DNA from: Anaerolineae bacterium CG2_30_57_67 | GTDB lineage: Bacteria; Chloroflexota; Anaerolineae; Anaerolineales; Villigracilaceae | Length of the DNA: 64,000 nucleotides | Assembly (NCBI GenBank): GCA_001872455.1 | Contig: MNXJ01000071.1 | Coordinates: 55,830-119,829, forward strand | Reading direction: 5' to 3' | In this document: one piece after another, positions 1 to 9,174 of the stretch | Layout: every line of letters starts with the position of its first letter | Numbering within the stretch: the first letter of the stretch is position 1 | The notes under the pieces: generated by a model | Seen by the model: only the letters and a program-made list of their open reading frames with translations | Databases searched by the model: none | Told to the model about the DNA's origin: nothing | Made by a program: the position numbers and the translations under genes

Positions 1-2
1 AA

Positions 3-272
3 GCGCTGGCAAACGCTGCCAAACACGCCGCCGCCAAGCGCGTCGAAGTCAGCCTGTGGAAAACGCCGGAGCGGTTAATACTCGAAATCCGTGACAACGG
101 CAAAGGTTTCGACATGAGCCAAAAAAGCACCACGCTGGGACACGGACTCGCCAACATGCAAACCCGCGCTCATCATGTCGGCGGTGATGTGGAAATTTGC
201 TCTACGCCAGACAATGGGACCTCCATTCTGGCTTGGGTGCCACGGGTGGAAAAGACAGATTTTTCAGGCTGA
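3..272 (+). CDS. sensor histidine kinase, C-terminal HATPase_c fragment (5' end outside window)
   Basis: Frame 3 reads ...LEIRDNGKGFD...GHGLANMQTRAHHVGG...GTSILAWVP. TGA at 270-272. Confidence 0.75.
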   Translation, partial: ALANAAKHAAAKRVEVSLWKTPERLILEIRDNGKGFDMSQKSTTLGHGLANMQTRAHHVGGDVEICSTPDNGTSILAWVPRVEKTDFSG

Positions 273-284
273 TTGCTTCTTCTC

Positions 285-1742
285 ATGAAAAGGCTTTCTC
301 GCATTCTTTGGGCGATTTTGCTGATTACCCTGCCCGTCACCAGCTTCCGTTACCTGCCTTTTATGGGAACCGGAACGGTAGTGCGTCCGCTGGCGCTTTA
401 CCCGTTACTGGCGCTCTTGCCAGTGCTGTTGATTCTGGCTTGGCGGCGCGAACTCAAAGCCCCCGTTTCGCCACATTTTACCGTTCTGCTGGCCTTTGTG
501 CTGGCCGCCATCGGCGCGACTGCGCTGGGTGCTGCCTTTGCACCCATTGAGTTACGCAGCGCCGATTATTTTGAGCGCGCCGGACGCGCTTTTCTCACCC
601 TCGGCATCGGGCTATCCTTCTTCCTGGCCGCCGTCTGCATGAATAAAAACGCAGACGACCTTAAATTTACCGTCAAGTGGCTGATGGTCGGGCTGGCGGC
701 GCAGTTGGTTTGGGGCGCTATTCAATTTATCGGCCTGAATAGCGGACACCGCGCCGAGCTGAAACAGATTCAGGAACTTTTTTCGGTGCGCGGGCTGGTC
801 AAAAACAAGCGCATTTCGGGCTTTACGTTTGAGCCATCCTGGTTGGCCTCGCAGTTGGCGACGTTATATTTGCCCTGGCTGGCGGCGATGTTGTTTGGTC
901 AGCAGGTATTGGCCTGGCGGCGTGCAGCGGTCAATGGCTTACCGTTCATCGTCAACCTTGTTCTACTGCTCGGCGCGTTGGCCGCGCTCCTCGCCACGTA
1001 TTCGCGCTCAGGGCTGGCGGTAACGGCTTTCGCTGCGGTAATCACTTTCAGCGTGGCCGGGCGTAGATTGTTGCAATCAGTTTGGGCGTGGTTTTTGGCG
1101 GGTTTCCGCCGTAGTGATGTAAAAAAACGTTTTGACGGCTGGCAGGCCGCGCTGGGACGCACTCTTCTCGTTTTGACGGCGCTGGCGCTTATCGCCGCTT
1201 CGGGCGCTTTTTTGGCGCGCAAGGGTTACATCGCCCGGCTGTGGACCAGCGATTTTGATAGCCTGTGGGGCTACCTGGTGGACGTTTCGCTGGGGCCGCG
1301 CGTGGCATACGCTTCGGCAGGCATGGCGGCCTTTGATAAAAATCCGCTGACGGGAGTAGGCCTGGGCGCGAGCGGATTTTCTATTTATCAGAATTTGCCG
1401 GACGGCGTGCTGATGGGCGTGCCGGAAATTGCCGAGGCGCTGGCGCCAACCTCGCGCCTGTTCCCCAACCCCAAAAATTTGTATGTGCGCCTGTTGGCCG
1501 AGACGGGTCTGGCAGGTTTTGCGTTATTTGTGGCTTTTTGCCTGGGACTGTTGGCCGATGCACTGAAGTTGTTGCGCCATGAGCGTGAGATCGCCCGTTA
1601 TTTGGGCGCGGCGGCAGTGTTTACGTTGGCGGCGCTGGCGTTACAATCCTTTTCGCAAGATTCGCTCGCCCTGCCTGAATTGTGGTTAAATTTGGGCGTT
1701 CTGGCGGGGATGGGTGAACGCAGAAGTCAGAATGATGAATGA
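285..1742 (+). CDS. O-antigen ligase (Wzy_C)-like polytopic membrane protein
   Basis: Many hydrophobic spans with a large loop containing YSRSGL, typical of the family. ATG at 285 (the ORF track starts at TTG 273). Confidence 0.6.
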   Translation: MKRLSRILWAILLITLPVTSFRYLPFMGTGTVVRPLALYPLLALLPVLLILAWRRELKAPVSPHFTVLLAFVLAAIGATALGAAFAPIELRSADYFERAGRAFLTLGIGLSFFLAAVCMNKNADDLKFTVKWLMVGLAAQLVWGAIQFIGLNSGHRAELKQIQELFSVRGLVKNKRISGFTFEPSWLASQLATLYLPWLAAMLFGQQVLAWRRAAVNGLPFIVNLVLLLGALAALLATYSRSGLAVTAFAAVITFSVAGRRLLQSVWAWFLAGFRRSDVKKRFDGWQAALGRTLLVLTALALIAASGAFLARKGYIARLWTSDFDSLWGYLVDVSLGPRVAYASAGMAAFDKNPLTGVGLGASGFSIYQNLPDGVLMGVPEIAEALAPTSRLFPNPKNLYVRLLAETGLAGFALFVAFCLGLLADALKLLRHEREIARYLGAAAVFTLAALALQSFSQDSLALPELWLNLGVLAGMGERRSQNDE

Positions 1743-1791
1743 AAAAGAGATGCTTTCGCCAATTTCCAATTCCTAATTTCCCGGAGTTTTC

Positions 1792-2526
1792 ATGATTATC
1801 CTTGCTGTTGGTATGCCCCGCGCTGGCTCTGGCTGGCACTACAATCTGATTCACGACCTAATGGCAACTACCGGTTGCGATGATGCCCGTGACATTCGTG
1901 AAAAATTTGGTTTGCAAAGCATTTTGACTGATGTCAATTGCAATATCGGCGTTCTTAGCGCCCGACGGATGTTGATGGTGACACGTCCGGCGTTATTGGG
2001 GCACACGTTTGTCATCAAAGCCCATTCCGCGCCGACGATTTGGGCGCGCGCGCTGGCGCAGGGCGGCTTGATGCGAATTCTCTACATCTACCGCGACCCG
2101 CGCGACGCCATGCTTTCCGCTTTTGATTATGGCCGCCGCGCCGTGGAAAAGGGCCGCCCGAATGCTTTTTCGCACCTGACAGATTTCAACAAAACGGTAA
2201 CTTTCATCAGCGAATATGTGCAGGGTTGGGAGCAATGGATTCTGCTTCCAGGCATTCTCAAAACCCGCTACGAAGATTTGCTCACCCGTTACGATGACGA
2301 ATCTGGCCGGATTGTGCGCTTTTTAGAGTTGGACGCACACAGTCAACCCGTGCAAACAGTCATCGAAAAATACCGTCCCAGCGGACAAGCGCAAGGACAA
2401 CAAGGTACGCACTTCTTCAAAGGGCAAATTGGCCGCTTCCGCGAGCGATACTCGCCCGAAGAGCAAAAACAACTGCTTGAGAAATTTGGCCCAACCCTAA
2501 AAAAAATGGGGTACGAACAGGAATAA
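1792..2526 (+). CDS. sulfotransferase family protein
   Basis: N-terminal MPRAGSGW loop (PAPS-binding-like) and a YRDPRD motif. 244 aa ORF. Confidence 0.6.
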   Translation: MIILAVGMPRAGSGWHYNLIHDLMATTGCDDARDIREKFGLQSILTDVNCNIGVLSARRMLMVTRPALLGHTFVIKAHSAPTIWARALAQGGLMRILYIYRDPRDAMLSAFDYGRRAVEKGRPNAFSHLTDFNKTVTFISEYVQGWEQWILLPGILKTRYEDLLTRYDDESGRIVRFLELDAHSQPVQTVIEKYRPSGQAQGQQGTHFFKGQIGRFRERYSPEEQKQLLEKFGPTLKKMGYEQE

Positions 2527-2648
2527 TGAATGATAAACGCAGCGCGTTCCAAACCGGTTAACTGGATAACAAAATTTCCATCTTAACATTTCTGCAAGGT
2601 GATCACCCCCCGTTTTTCCTAGCCGCAATCGGGTATCATTAATTCTCT

Positions 2649-4415
2649 ATGAATCGTTCCGATTCTCCTTTTGTCGCCGATTGGTTTGTCATTTCCCTGC
2701 GCTGGCTGGTATTGCTGGGGGTTATTGTCTCACTTTCTGCCGCCGGGCAGCTCTTTGTGTGGGTAAATTTATTGCTTGTTTTTCTCACACTTTGGAATAT
2801 CACTCTTACCTGGCTGGCGGGATTAAATCAGCGTTTGCCTCAGCACCGTCACGTTAGCGTTGCCGTTGATGTGGTCGTGACCTCTCTGTTTTTCTGGTTT
2901 CAAGGAGGCATTACCGGTCCGGCATTTTGGATTTGCATCCTGCCGCTTATTTCGGGCGGGCTGTACTTTGACCTGTCCGGCGGATTGATTGCCGGCGTGG
3001 CAATGGGGCTGGTAAACGCCCTCGATATTGTTTTTCATGGCATCCAGATTGTACCGCGCCTGCTTTTTGGTGGGCTTACCATCGGCATGGGGCTTTTCTT
3101 TGGCTACATCAGCCAACAGGTAATTCGTCAATTGCGGGTGACACGCGAACAACAGGTGGCCGTCCGCGAACACCAACAACGCATTGAAACCGACCGGATG
3201 CGCGCCATTTTCAAAGTCACATCCACACTTACGGCAACCCTCAACTACAAGCGCGTTCTCGATAGCGCCCTCGACCTGAGCGTCAGCGCTTTACATGTGG
3301 ACGATGTCCAATCGGATAAAAAGACACCGATGGACGACCGCCTGATCAGCGCGTTTTTACTTTTTAAAGACGAGCAGCTGATCGTTGGCTCTTCACGCCG
3401 CTTCACCAGTGCTGACCATCGCCTCACCTTTCCAGCAAAAACTGGCATTCTGGCAAAAAGCATCGAAGAAGGCGAGTCGGTTTTAACAGGTAGTGTTGCC
3501 AGCGACCCGGAACTAAAAAGCGTCATGGGGCTGCAATCCTGCCAATCGGTTTACTGCCTGCCTTTGCGGGTGGGATTAAGCACCTATGGCGCGCTCATCT
3601 TTGGGCATCCTCAACCCAATTATTTTGCCCCCGACCGATGCGATGTCTTGAGCATTTTGGCGCAACAGGCCACCATCGCCATCCAAAATGCGCGCCTCTA
3701 TCAAGACCTGGCCGACGAAAAAGAACACATGGCCGAGGCGCAAGAAGAGGCGCGCAAAAAATTGGCGCGTGACCTGCATGATGGTCCAACTCAATCCGTC
3801 GCTGCGATTGCCATGCGCGTCAACCTGGTGCGCCGTATGCTGGAGCGCGACCCAAAATCTGTTATGGATGAATTAGAAAAAATTGAAGACCTGGCGCGCC
3901 GCACCACCAAGGAAATCCGCCACATGCTCTTCACCCTGCGCCCACTGGTGCTCGAATCGCAGGGGCTGGTTGCCGCCCTGCAAGCCATGGCCGACAAGAT
4001 GAAAGAAACTTTTGGGCAGGAAGTCGTCATTCAGGTCAATCAAAAACTGGCGGATGACCTGGAAATGGGCAAAAAAGGCATCATTTTTTATCTGGCCGAA
4101 GAAGCCATCAACAACGCCCGCAAGCATGCCCAATCACCGCAAATTTTTGTGCGTCTGGCAACCGTCCCAAAAGAACCCGAAATTGCCTGGCTGCAAATCG
4201 CGGATAATGGCGTTGGCTTTGATGTGCAGGCCGTTACCGCCACCTACGACCAGCGCGGCAGTCTTGGCATGGTCAACCTGCACGAGCGCACCGAACTGAT
4301 TAATGGTTTGCTCCAAATTGATTCCGCCCCCGGCAAAGGCACACGCGTCAATGTTTACATTCCCCTCAGTGAAGAAGCCGCCGATAAACTTCATCATGGC
4401 CGCGCCCACGACTGA
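2649..4415 (+). CDS. membrane GAF-domain sensor histidine kinase (HisKA_3/NarL-type)
   Basis: N-terminal TM region, central GAF-like region, H-box LARDLHDGPTQ, and a C-terminal ATPase with NNARKHA and DNGVGF motifs. Confidence 0.85.
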   Translation: MNRSDSPFVADWFVISLRWLVLLGVIVSLSAAGQLFVWVNLLLVFLTLWNITLTWLAGLNQRLPQHRHVSVAVDVVVTSLFFWFQGGITGPAFWICILPLISGGLYFDLSGGLIAGVAMGLVNALDIVFHGIQIVPRLLFGGLTIGMGLFFGYISQQVIRQLRVTREQQVAVREHQQRIETDRMRAIFKVTSTLTATLNYKRVLDSALDLSVSALHVDDVQSDKKTPMDDRLISAFLLFKDEQLIVGSSRRFTSADHRLTFPAKTGILAKSIEEGESVLTGSVASDPELKSVMGLQSCQSVYCLPLRVGLSTYGALIFGHPQPNYFAPDRCDVLSILAQQATIAIQNARLYQDLADEKEHMAEAQEEARKKLARDLHDGPTQSVAAIAMRVNLVRRMLERDPKSVMDELEKIEDLARRTTKEIRHMLFTLRPLVLESQGLVAALQAMADKMKETFGQEVVIQVNQKLADDLEMGKKGIIFYLAEEAINNARKHAQSPQIFVRLATVPKEPEIAWLQIADNGVGFDVQAVTATYDQRGSLGMVNLHERTELINGLLQIDSAPGKGTRVNVYIPLSEEAADKLHHGRAHD

Positions 4416-4423
4416 AAGCCGCT

Positions 4424-5203
4424 ATGCCGCTCATCCAAAATTTCCATTATTTCGTCCACAATGAACAAGACTTCTCCCGTCCGGCGGTTGTGCTTTTGCA
4501 CGGCGCGGGCGGCAACCATCTTTACTGGCCGACAGAAATACGCCGATTGGAAGGTCAGCGCATTTATGCCCTTGACCTGCCGGGCCATGGCAAATCACAA
4601 GGTATCGGGCGGCACGCCATCGCTGAATACGCTCAAGACGTGCTGGACTTTTTGGGCGCACTCCAAATTCGCAAGGCTATTTTTGTGGGGCATTCGATGG
4701 GTGGGGCGATTGCGCTCCACCTGGCGATTCACAACCCCAGCCGAACACTTGGGCTTGGGCTGGTAGCAACGGCTCCGCGCTTGCGCGTGGCTCCTGCTTT
4801 GATGGAGAATACGGCCTCTGCAGCCACGTTCCCGCTGGCAGTTGATGCCGTTATTAATTGGTCATTCAACCCCCAGGCAGGCGCGCGTCTGCGCGAGACT
4901 GCCCACCAGCGCATGGCAGAAATCCGTCCGGCGGTCTTACACGGCGATTTTTTAGCCTGCGATGCCTTTGACGAATCTGGCGCGCTGGGTCGCATCAAAA
5001 CCCCCACGCTCATTTTGTGCGGCACACAAGATAAAATGACGCCACTTCACGCCAGCGAACAAATGCAAATGCGCATTAAAAACGCCAGCCTGCACCGCAT
5101 TGACGGCGCCGGTCACATGCTGATGCTCGAAGAACCCGCGCGGGTCGCCAGCCTGCTACAGGTTTTTCTGGACGGGATTGTATACCAGCCGGGCGTTCTC
5201 TAA
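4424..5203 (+). CDS. alpha/beta hydrolase
   Basis: HGAGG oxyanion region, GHSMGG nucleophile elbow, C-terminal GAGHM. Confidence 0.8.
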   Translation: MPLIQNFHYFVHNEQDFSRPAVVLLHGAGGNHLYWPTEIRRLEGQRIYALDLPGHGKSQGIGRHAIAEYAQDVLDFLGALQIRKAIFVGHSMGGAIALHLAIHNPSRTLGLGLVATAPRLRVAPALMENTASAATFPLAVDAVINWSFNPQAGARLRETAHQRMAEIRPAVLHGDFLACDAFDESGALGRIKTPTLILCGTQDKMTPLHASEQMQMRIKNASLHRIDGAGHMLMLEEPARVASLLQVFLDGIVYQPGVL

Positions 5204-5793
5204 AAAAGTTTTTGCAAAACGGGCAGGGCCGCTTCAACCGCGCGGGCGCGATGGCTGAAGCGGTTTTTGGTTTCTGCGGGCAGTTCAGCCATGGTTTTGT
5301 CTAATTCGGGCAGGAAGAAGATGGGATCATAACCAAAGCCACCCTGGCCGCGTTCTGTGGGGATGATTTCACCTTCGCAGCGGCCCTCGGCAAAAGCCAG
5401 CTCACCACCCGGCGCAAGCATCGCCACCGTGGCGCGAAAACGCGCCAGCCACGGACGCGGCTTTCCGCGTAAATTTTCCAACAAAAAGGCGCGCCGGTCA
5501 GCGTCGGAGGCGCCCGGTTTGGCGGCGTAACGCGCCGAGTACAGCCCCGGCGCCCCGTTGAGCGCGTCCACTTCCAGCCCGGAATCATCCGCCAGGCAGG
5601 GCAGGCCGCTAGCGGCGCAGTACGCGCGGGCTTTTTTGGCAGCGTTTTCGGCGTAGGTCTGGCCGTCTTCTTCGACCTTGAGCATCAGTCCCAACTCGCG
5701 CGGGGTGACAAGTTTCAGATTCAACGGGGCCAGAATTTCTTGTAATTCACGGATTTTTCCGGGGTTTTCGGTGGCAATCAGCAGTTTTTTCAT
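5200..5793 (-). CDS. rdgB: non-canonical purine NTP pyrophosphatase (RdgB/HAM1)
   Basis: Starts MKKLLIATENPGKIRE and ends ...FGYDPIF...SHR. Internal ATG at 5793 chosen over the long ORF. Confidence 0.85.
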   Translation of the reverse strand: MKKLLIATENPGKIRELQEILAPLNLKLVTPRELGLMLKVEEDGQTYAENAAKKARAYCAASGLPCLADDSGLEVDALNGAPGLYSARYAAKPGASDADRRAFLLENLRGKPRPWLARFRATVAMLAPGGELAFAEGRCEGEIIPTERGQGGFGYDPIFFLPELDKTMAELPAETKNRFSHRARAVEAALPVLQKLF

Positions 5794-6752
5794 GGCAAAT
5801 TCTCCAGCGCGGCGCGCAGGTTGCGCTGATAGCCGCTCAGTTTGGCGCGTTTGAGCGGGCTGTTTTTGAATTTTTGGGCAAATGTCTCGGGGGTTAGTTC
5901 CAACTCGGTTTGCAGAAGGGGTTGGGGCAGGCCGGCGCGCGGTGCAAAAGCCGGGTCGCCAGCGGCGGGGGCAAAGCGCCGGTTCCAGGGGCAAACCATC
6001 TGACAAATGTCACAGCCAAAAACCCAGTTGCCTATTTTGGGACGCAAATCGGGCGGGATTTCGCCCTTGTTTTCGATGGTCAGGTACGAAATACAGCGTC
6101 GCGCGTCGAGTCTGCGCTCTGGCAATAGCGCGCCGGTTGGGCAGGCTTCGATGCAACGGGAGCAGGTTCCGCAGTGATCCGTTTCAAAGGGCGGGTCGGA
6201 CGGCAATTCGATTCCGAGCAGAATTTCGGCCAGCAGGAAGTACGAGCCTAGACGCGGAGCAATGAGACAGGTATTTTTGCCGGCCCAGCCCAGCCCGGCG
6301 CGTTGCGCCAGGTCGCGCTCCAGCACGGGGCCGGTATCGGTATACCAGCGATTTGGGACAGCCTGACCGGTTTGCTCCTCGATGAAGGCGGCCAGCGCCT
6401 GCAGGCGTGGCGGCAGGCTGATGTGGTAGTCGTCACCCCAAGCGTAGGCGGCAATACGCCCTTGCGGGGCGAGGGCGTTTTCTTCGGCAACGGAAACCTG
6501 ATTCGGATTGGTGTAGGGAATCCCCAGGACGAGGATGGATTTGCATTCGGGCAGAATCTCTTTGGGGTCGGCACGGCGCGCGCGGGCGCGGGCATCTGCC
6601 AGATAGGTCATTTCGGCGTGAAATCCATCCGCCAGCCAGCGCTGATAGGTATCAAAATGTGCCGGGGGCGCAGGCGTGGTAATGCCCGCCAGCGAGAAAC
6701 CCAACTGACGAGCATGGTTTTTGAGCGCCTGGGCCAGTTCGGCGGGGGTCAT
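5790..6752 (-). CDS. queG: epoxyqueuosine reductase
   Basis: Two ferredoxin CxxCxxCxxxCP motifs (CGTCSRCIEACP, CDICQMVCP) and family-typical N-terminus. The stop overlaps the rdgB start (ATGA). Confidence 0.85.
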   Translation of the reverse strand: MTPAELAQALKNHARQLGFSLAGITTPAPPAHFDTYQRWLADGFHAEMTYLADARARARRADPKEILPECKSILVLGIPYTNPNQVSVAEENALAPQGRIAAYAWGDDYHISLPPRLQALAAFIEEQTGQAVPNRWYTDTGPVLERDLAQRAGLGWAGKNTCLIAPRLGSYFLLAEILLGIELPSDPPFETDHCGTCSRCIEACPTGALLPERRLDARRCISYLTIENKGEIPPDLRPKIGNWVFGCDICQMVCPWNRRFAPAAGDPAFAPRAGLPQPLLQTELELTPETFAQKFKNSPLKRAKLSGYQRNLRAALENLP

Positions 6753-7330
6753 TGAACGACGATGATGACCGAGACGTATTCGCCGAAAGAGTAGCCGTTG
6801 TTGTTGTAGAGAATCCAATAGCCGCGATAGGTTCCGGGCTGGGTGGGAGCGGTCAATTTTATCGAAATTTCCGTTTCCTGATTGGGAAGTACTTCCTGAC
6901 TGGTGTAGGTATCGAGGCCGCTCATGCGGTCGCCGTAGCTGTAGCGAATGGTGTACGCGCCCGTCCACGTACAGGAACCGATGTTTTTAAATTTCCAGGC
7001 CTTCTCAAAGGTTTGGCCTGGCGTCATGACGGTGTTATCCGGCACAGAAGCATCCGCCACCCACTTGGCATTGTCACAAATATTGACAGTGGGCGTGGTG
7101 GTAAAAGCCGGAGTGGGCGTGTCGCTGGGCAAGGTGGGGGTGAAAGTCTGCGATGGCGTGGGCGTGAAGGCGGCGGCGGTTTGGGTCACTTCGGCAATCA
7201 CGGTTTGGACGGCGGCAGTTTGAATAGCGTTGATATCCACCGGGGTGGCGGTGGGGGAGACCGGAGCCGGGGCGCAGGCCGCCAGAAGCAGGCTGAAGAA
7301 CAGGAGGAAGAGCAAGGGTGTATTTTTCAT
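6749..7330 (-). CDS. lipoprotein with C-terminal NBR1-like Ig-fold domain
   Basis: Lipobox LLLAAC signal, T/P-rich linker, then a WKFKNIGSCTW...PGTYRGYW domain. Confidence 0.6.
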   Translation of the reverse strand: MKNTPLLFLLFFSLLLAACAPAPVSPTATPVDINAIQTAAVQTVIAEVTQTAAAFTPTPSQTFTPTLPSDTPTPAFTTTPTVNICDNAKWVADASVPDNTVMTPGQTFEKAWKFKNIGSCTWTGAYTIRYSYGDRMSGLDTYTSQEVLPNQETEISIKLTAPTQPGTYRGYWILYNNNGYSFGEYVSVIIVVQ

Positions 7331-7477
7331 AAGGCACCTGTAGGTGCTCTGATTATATCGCTTGCGCACGAAAAATCGGGATGTTTTGCCTGCGTCAGAG
7401 GAACAACCCTGGCTGACGCACAAATTTGTCGGACAAGCAGTTTTGCAGTAAACTCGAGGTACGTTTTTTACTTTTTT

Positions 7478-7813
7478 ATGCGGGAGTCACTCATGTACAT
7501 CTTCGTCCGTTTTGCCGCGATTGTCACCATCATTTTTGGCGTTTTGCTGTTTGCCGCCGGGCTGGGGATTGCCGTCTATGGCCTGGCGCAAAACGTTGCG
7601 TTGACAGAATTGCTCAACGCCGCGCTGTTGAGCGGTTCACCCTACCGGCTGGCGGATGCCCGCTTTTGGGCGATTCTCGTCGGGCTGGCGCTGTTCATCG
7701 CCGGGGTGATGATTTCGGCGCAGGGTCAGTTGATGCTGGTTTTTGTTGACCTTGCCAACCACAGCCGCGAGACAAATGTCATTTTGCGCGGTTTTCGCGG
7801 CAAGGGGCAGTAA
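7478..7813 (+). CDS. hypothetical small membrane protein
   Basis: 111 aa with two or three hydrophobic helices. No recognisable motif. Confidence 0.4.
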   Translation: MRESLMYIFVRFAAIVTIIFGVLLFAAGLGIAVYGLAQNVALTELLNAALLSGSPYRLADARFWAILVGLALFIAGVMISAQGQLMLVFVDLANHSRETNVILRGFRGKGQ

Positions 7814-7849
7814 AACTTAAAACGGCGCACGTTTTTTGCGCTGGCGGCG

Positions 7850-8998
7850 TTGATTTTGCTGCTGGCAGTTTTCGCCGCCTGGAGTTTGCCCTACTTCCTG
7901 CAGCCGCCCGCCGCTGTCGGAACAAATTCCACGCTGGGGGCGCAGACGGAACGCGCCCGGGTGACGGAAATTCTCTCCGAAGCGCCGATTCAGATGGAAG
8001 GGCAGACGCAAACCTCGCAGCGGGTGCGCGTCGAAATTCTCAGCGGCGAGTACGCCGGTCTGCCGATGGAACTCGACTACGGTAAATATCGCCTTACGCC
8101 GCAGGATCAACTTTTGCGCCCTGGCGATGAAATTTTCATCACGCTCGGCAAAAATAGCGACGGCGTGCTGGAAGCCTTTTATGTGGATTTTGTGCGTGAG
8201 CGCGCGCTGCTGCTTTTGCTGGCAGTTTTTGTGGCGGCGATTGTGGCGATGGCGGGTTGGAAGGGGTTTCGCGCACTGCTGGCGTTGATTTTCAGCCTGG
8301 CGGTGGTCGTCGGCTACATCATCCCCCACATTTTGGCCGGTGAAGACCCGGTCACCGTCAGCGTGATTGGTTCGGCCATTTTGCTGGGCGTTTCGCTCTA
8401 TGTCACCTACGGCTGGACGCTGAAAACGCACGCCTCGGTCTTGAGTATGATTCTGGTGCTGCTGCTGACCGGAACGCTGGCTTCACTGTTTATGCAGGTT
8501 GCCCGCCTGAATAGTTTTGGCAGCGAAGAAGCCCTGTTTTTACAGCAGCTCGCGCAGGTCAAAATTAATTTACGCGGCCTGCTTTTGGGCGGAATCATCA
8601 TCGGCGCGTTGGGCGTGCTGGATGATTTGGTGACGACACAGGCGGCGGTGGTTTTTGAACTGCATCACACCGACGAGCGCCTGGGTTTTCGAGCCCTCTT
8701 CGCCCGGGCGATGCGCGTCGGGCAAGACCACGTTGCCGCCACGGTCAATACGCTGGTGCTGGCCTACGCGGGCGCCTCGCTGCCGTTGCTATTGCTCTTC
8801 AGCCTGGGCGGCGGAAACTATGGATTTTTGCTGAATGTGGAAATGATCAGCGAAGAGATTGTGCGTACGCTGGTCGGTTCGCTGGGGCTGATGGCGGCGG
8901 TGCCGCTGACGACGGCGATTGCCATCCTGCTGGCGCTGCATACGCCCGCCGGTTGGCGGGTCTGGCTCGGCCCTGAGGGCGAGGGCCACACCCACTAA
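7850..8998 (+). CDS. YibE/F family membrane protein
   Basis: N-terminal extracytoplasmic domain followed by about 6 TM helices in the family-typical pattern. TTG start as given in the ORF track. Confidence 0.7.
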   Translation: MILLLAVFAAWSLPYFLQPPAAVGTNSTLGAQTERARVTEILSEAPIQMEGQTQTSQRVRVEILSGEYAGLPMELDYGKYRLTPQDQLLRPGDEIFITLGKNSDGVLEAFYVDFVRERALLLLLAVFVAAIVAMAGWKGFRALLALIFSLAVVVGYIIPHILAGEDPVTVSVIGSAILLGVSLYVTYGWTLKTHASVLSMILVLLLTGTLASLFMQVARLNSFGSEEALFLQQLAQVKINLRGLLLGGIIIGALGVLDDLVTTQAAVVFELHHTDERLGFRALFARAMRVGQDHVAATVNTLVLAYAGASLPLLLLFSLGGGNYGFLLNVEMISEEIVRTLVGSLGLMAAVPLTTAIAILLALHTPAGWRVWLGPEGEGHTH

Positions 8999-9070
8999 TA
9001 ACGCCGCCTGTTACACAAAATTCGTTTCGTGCGCTCATTACACCCTAACTCGGACAAGCCGAAAGAGATT

Positions 9071-9153
9071 TGACCACGAAGGCCACGAAGCAACACAAAG
9101 GAAAACCAAAAAACTGCGTGACTCTTTGTGGTTAATTTCCTTGCTTTTTGTGC
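9071..9153. repeat. imperfect palindromic element of the CACGAAG type
   Basis: GACCACGAAGGCCACGAAGC... pairs with ...GCGTGACTCTTTGTGGTTAA. Related to the element at 35377-35433. Confidence 0.5.
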
Positions 9154-9174
9154 AAGAATTTCACTGATACGATA

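Noticed and set aside
197-550. 117-aa ORF overlapping the kinase 3' end and the O-antigen-ligase-like gene
   Set aside because: It is out of frame with two better-supported genes and has low-complexity composition.
5794-6006. Long N-terminal extensions in the ORF track for rdgB, queG, actA, actC, actE, arsA, arsC, arsR, leuS, the SDR, the M23 peptidase and the AMMECR1 protein
   Set aside because: The extensions are Arg/Pro-rich and overlap the upstream gene. Internal ATGs give family-typical N-termini and 4-nt ATGA overlaps, so the shorter models were used.
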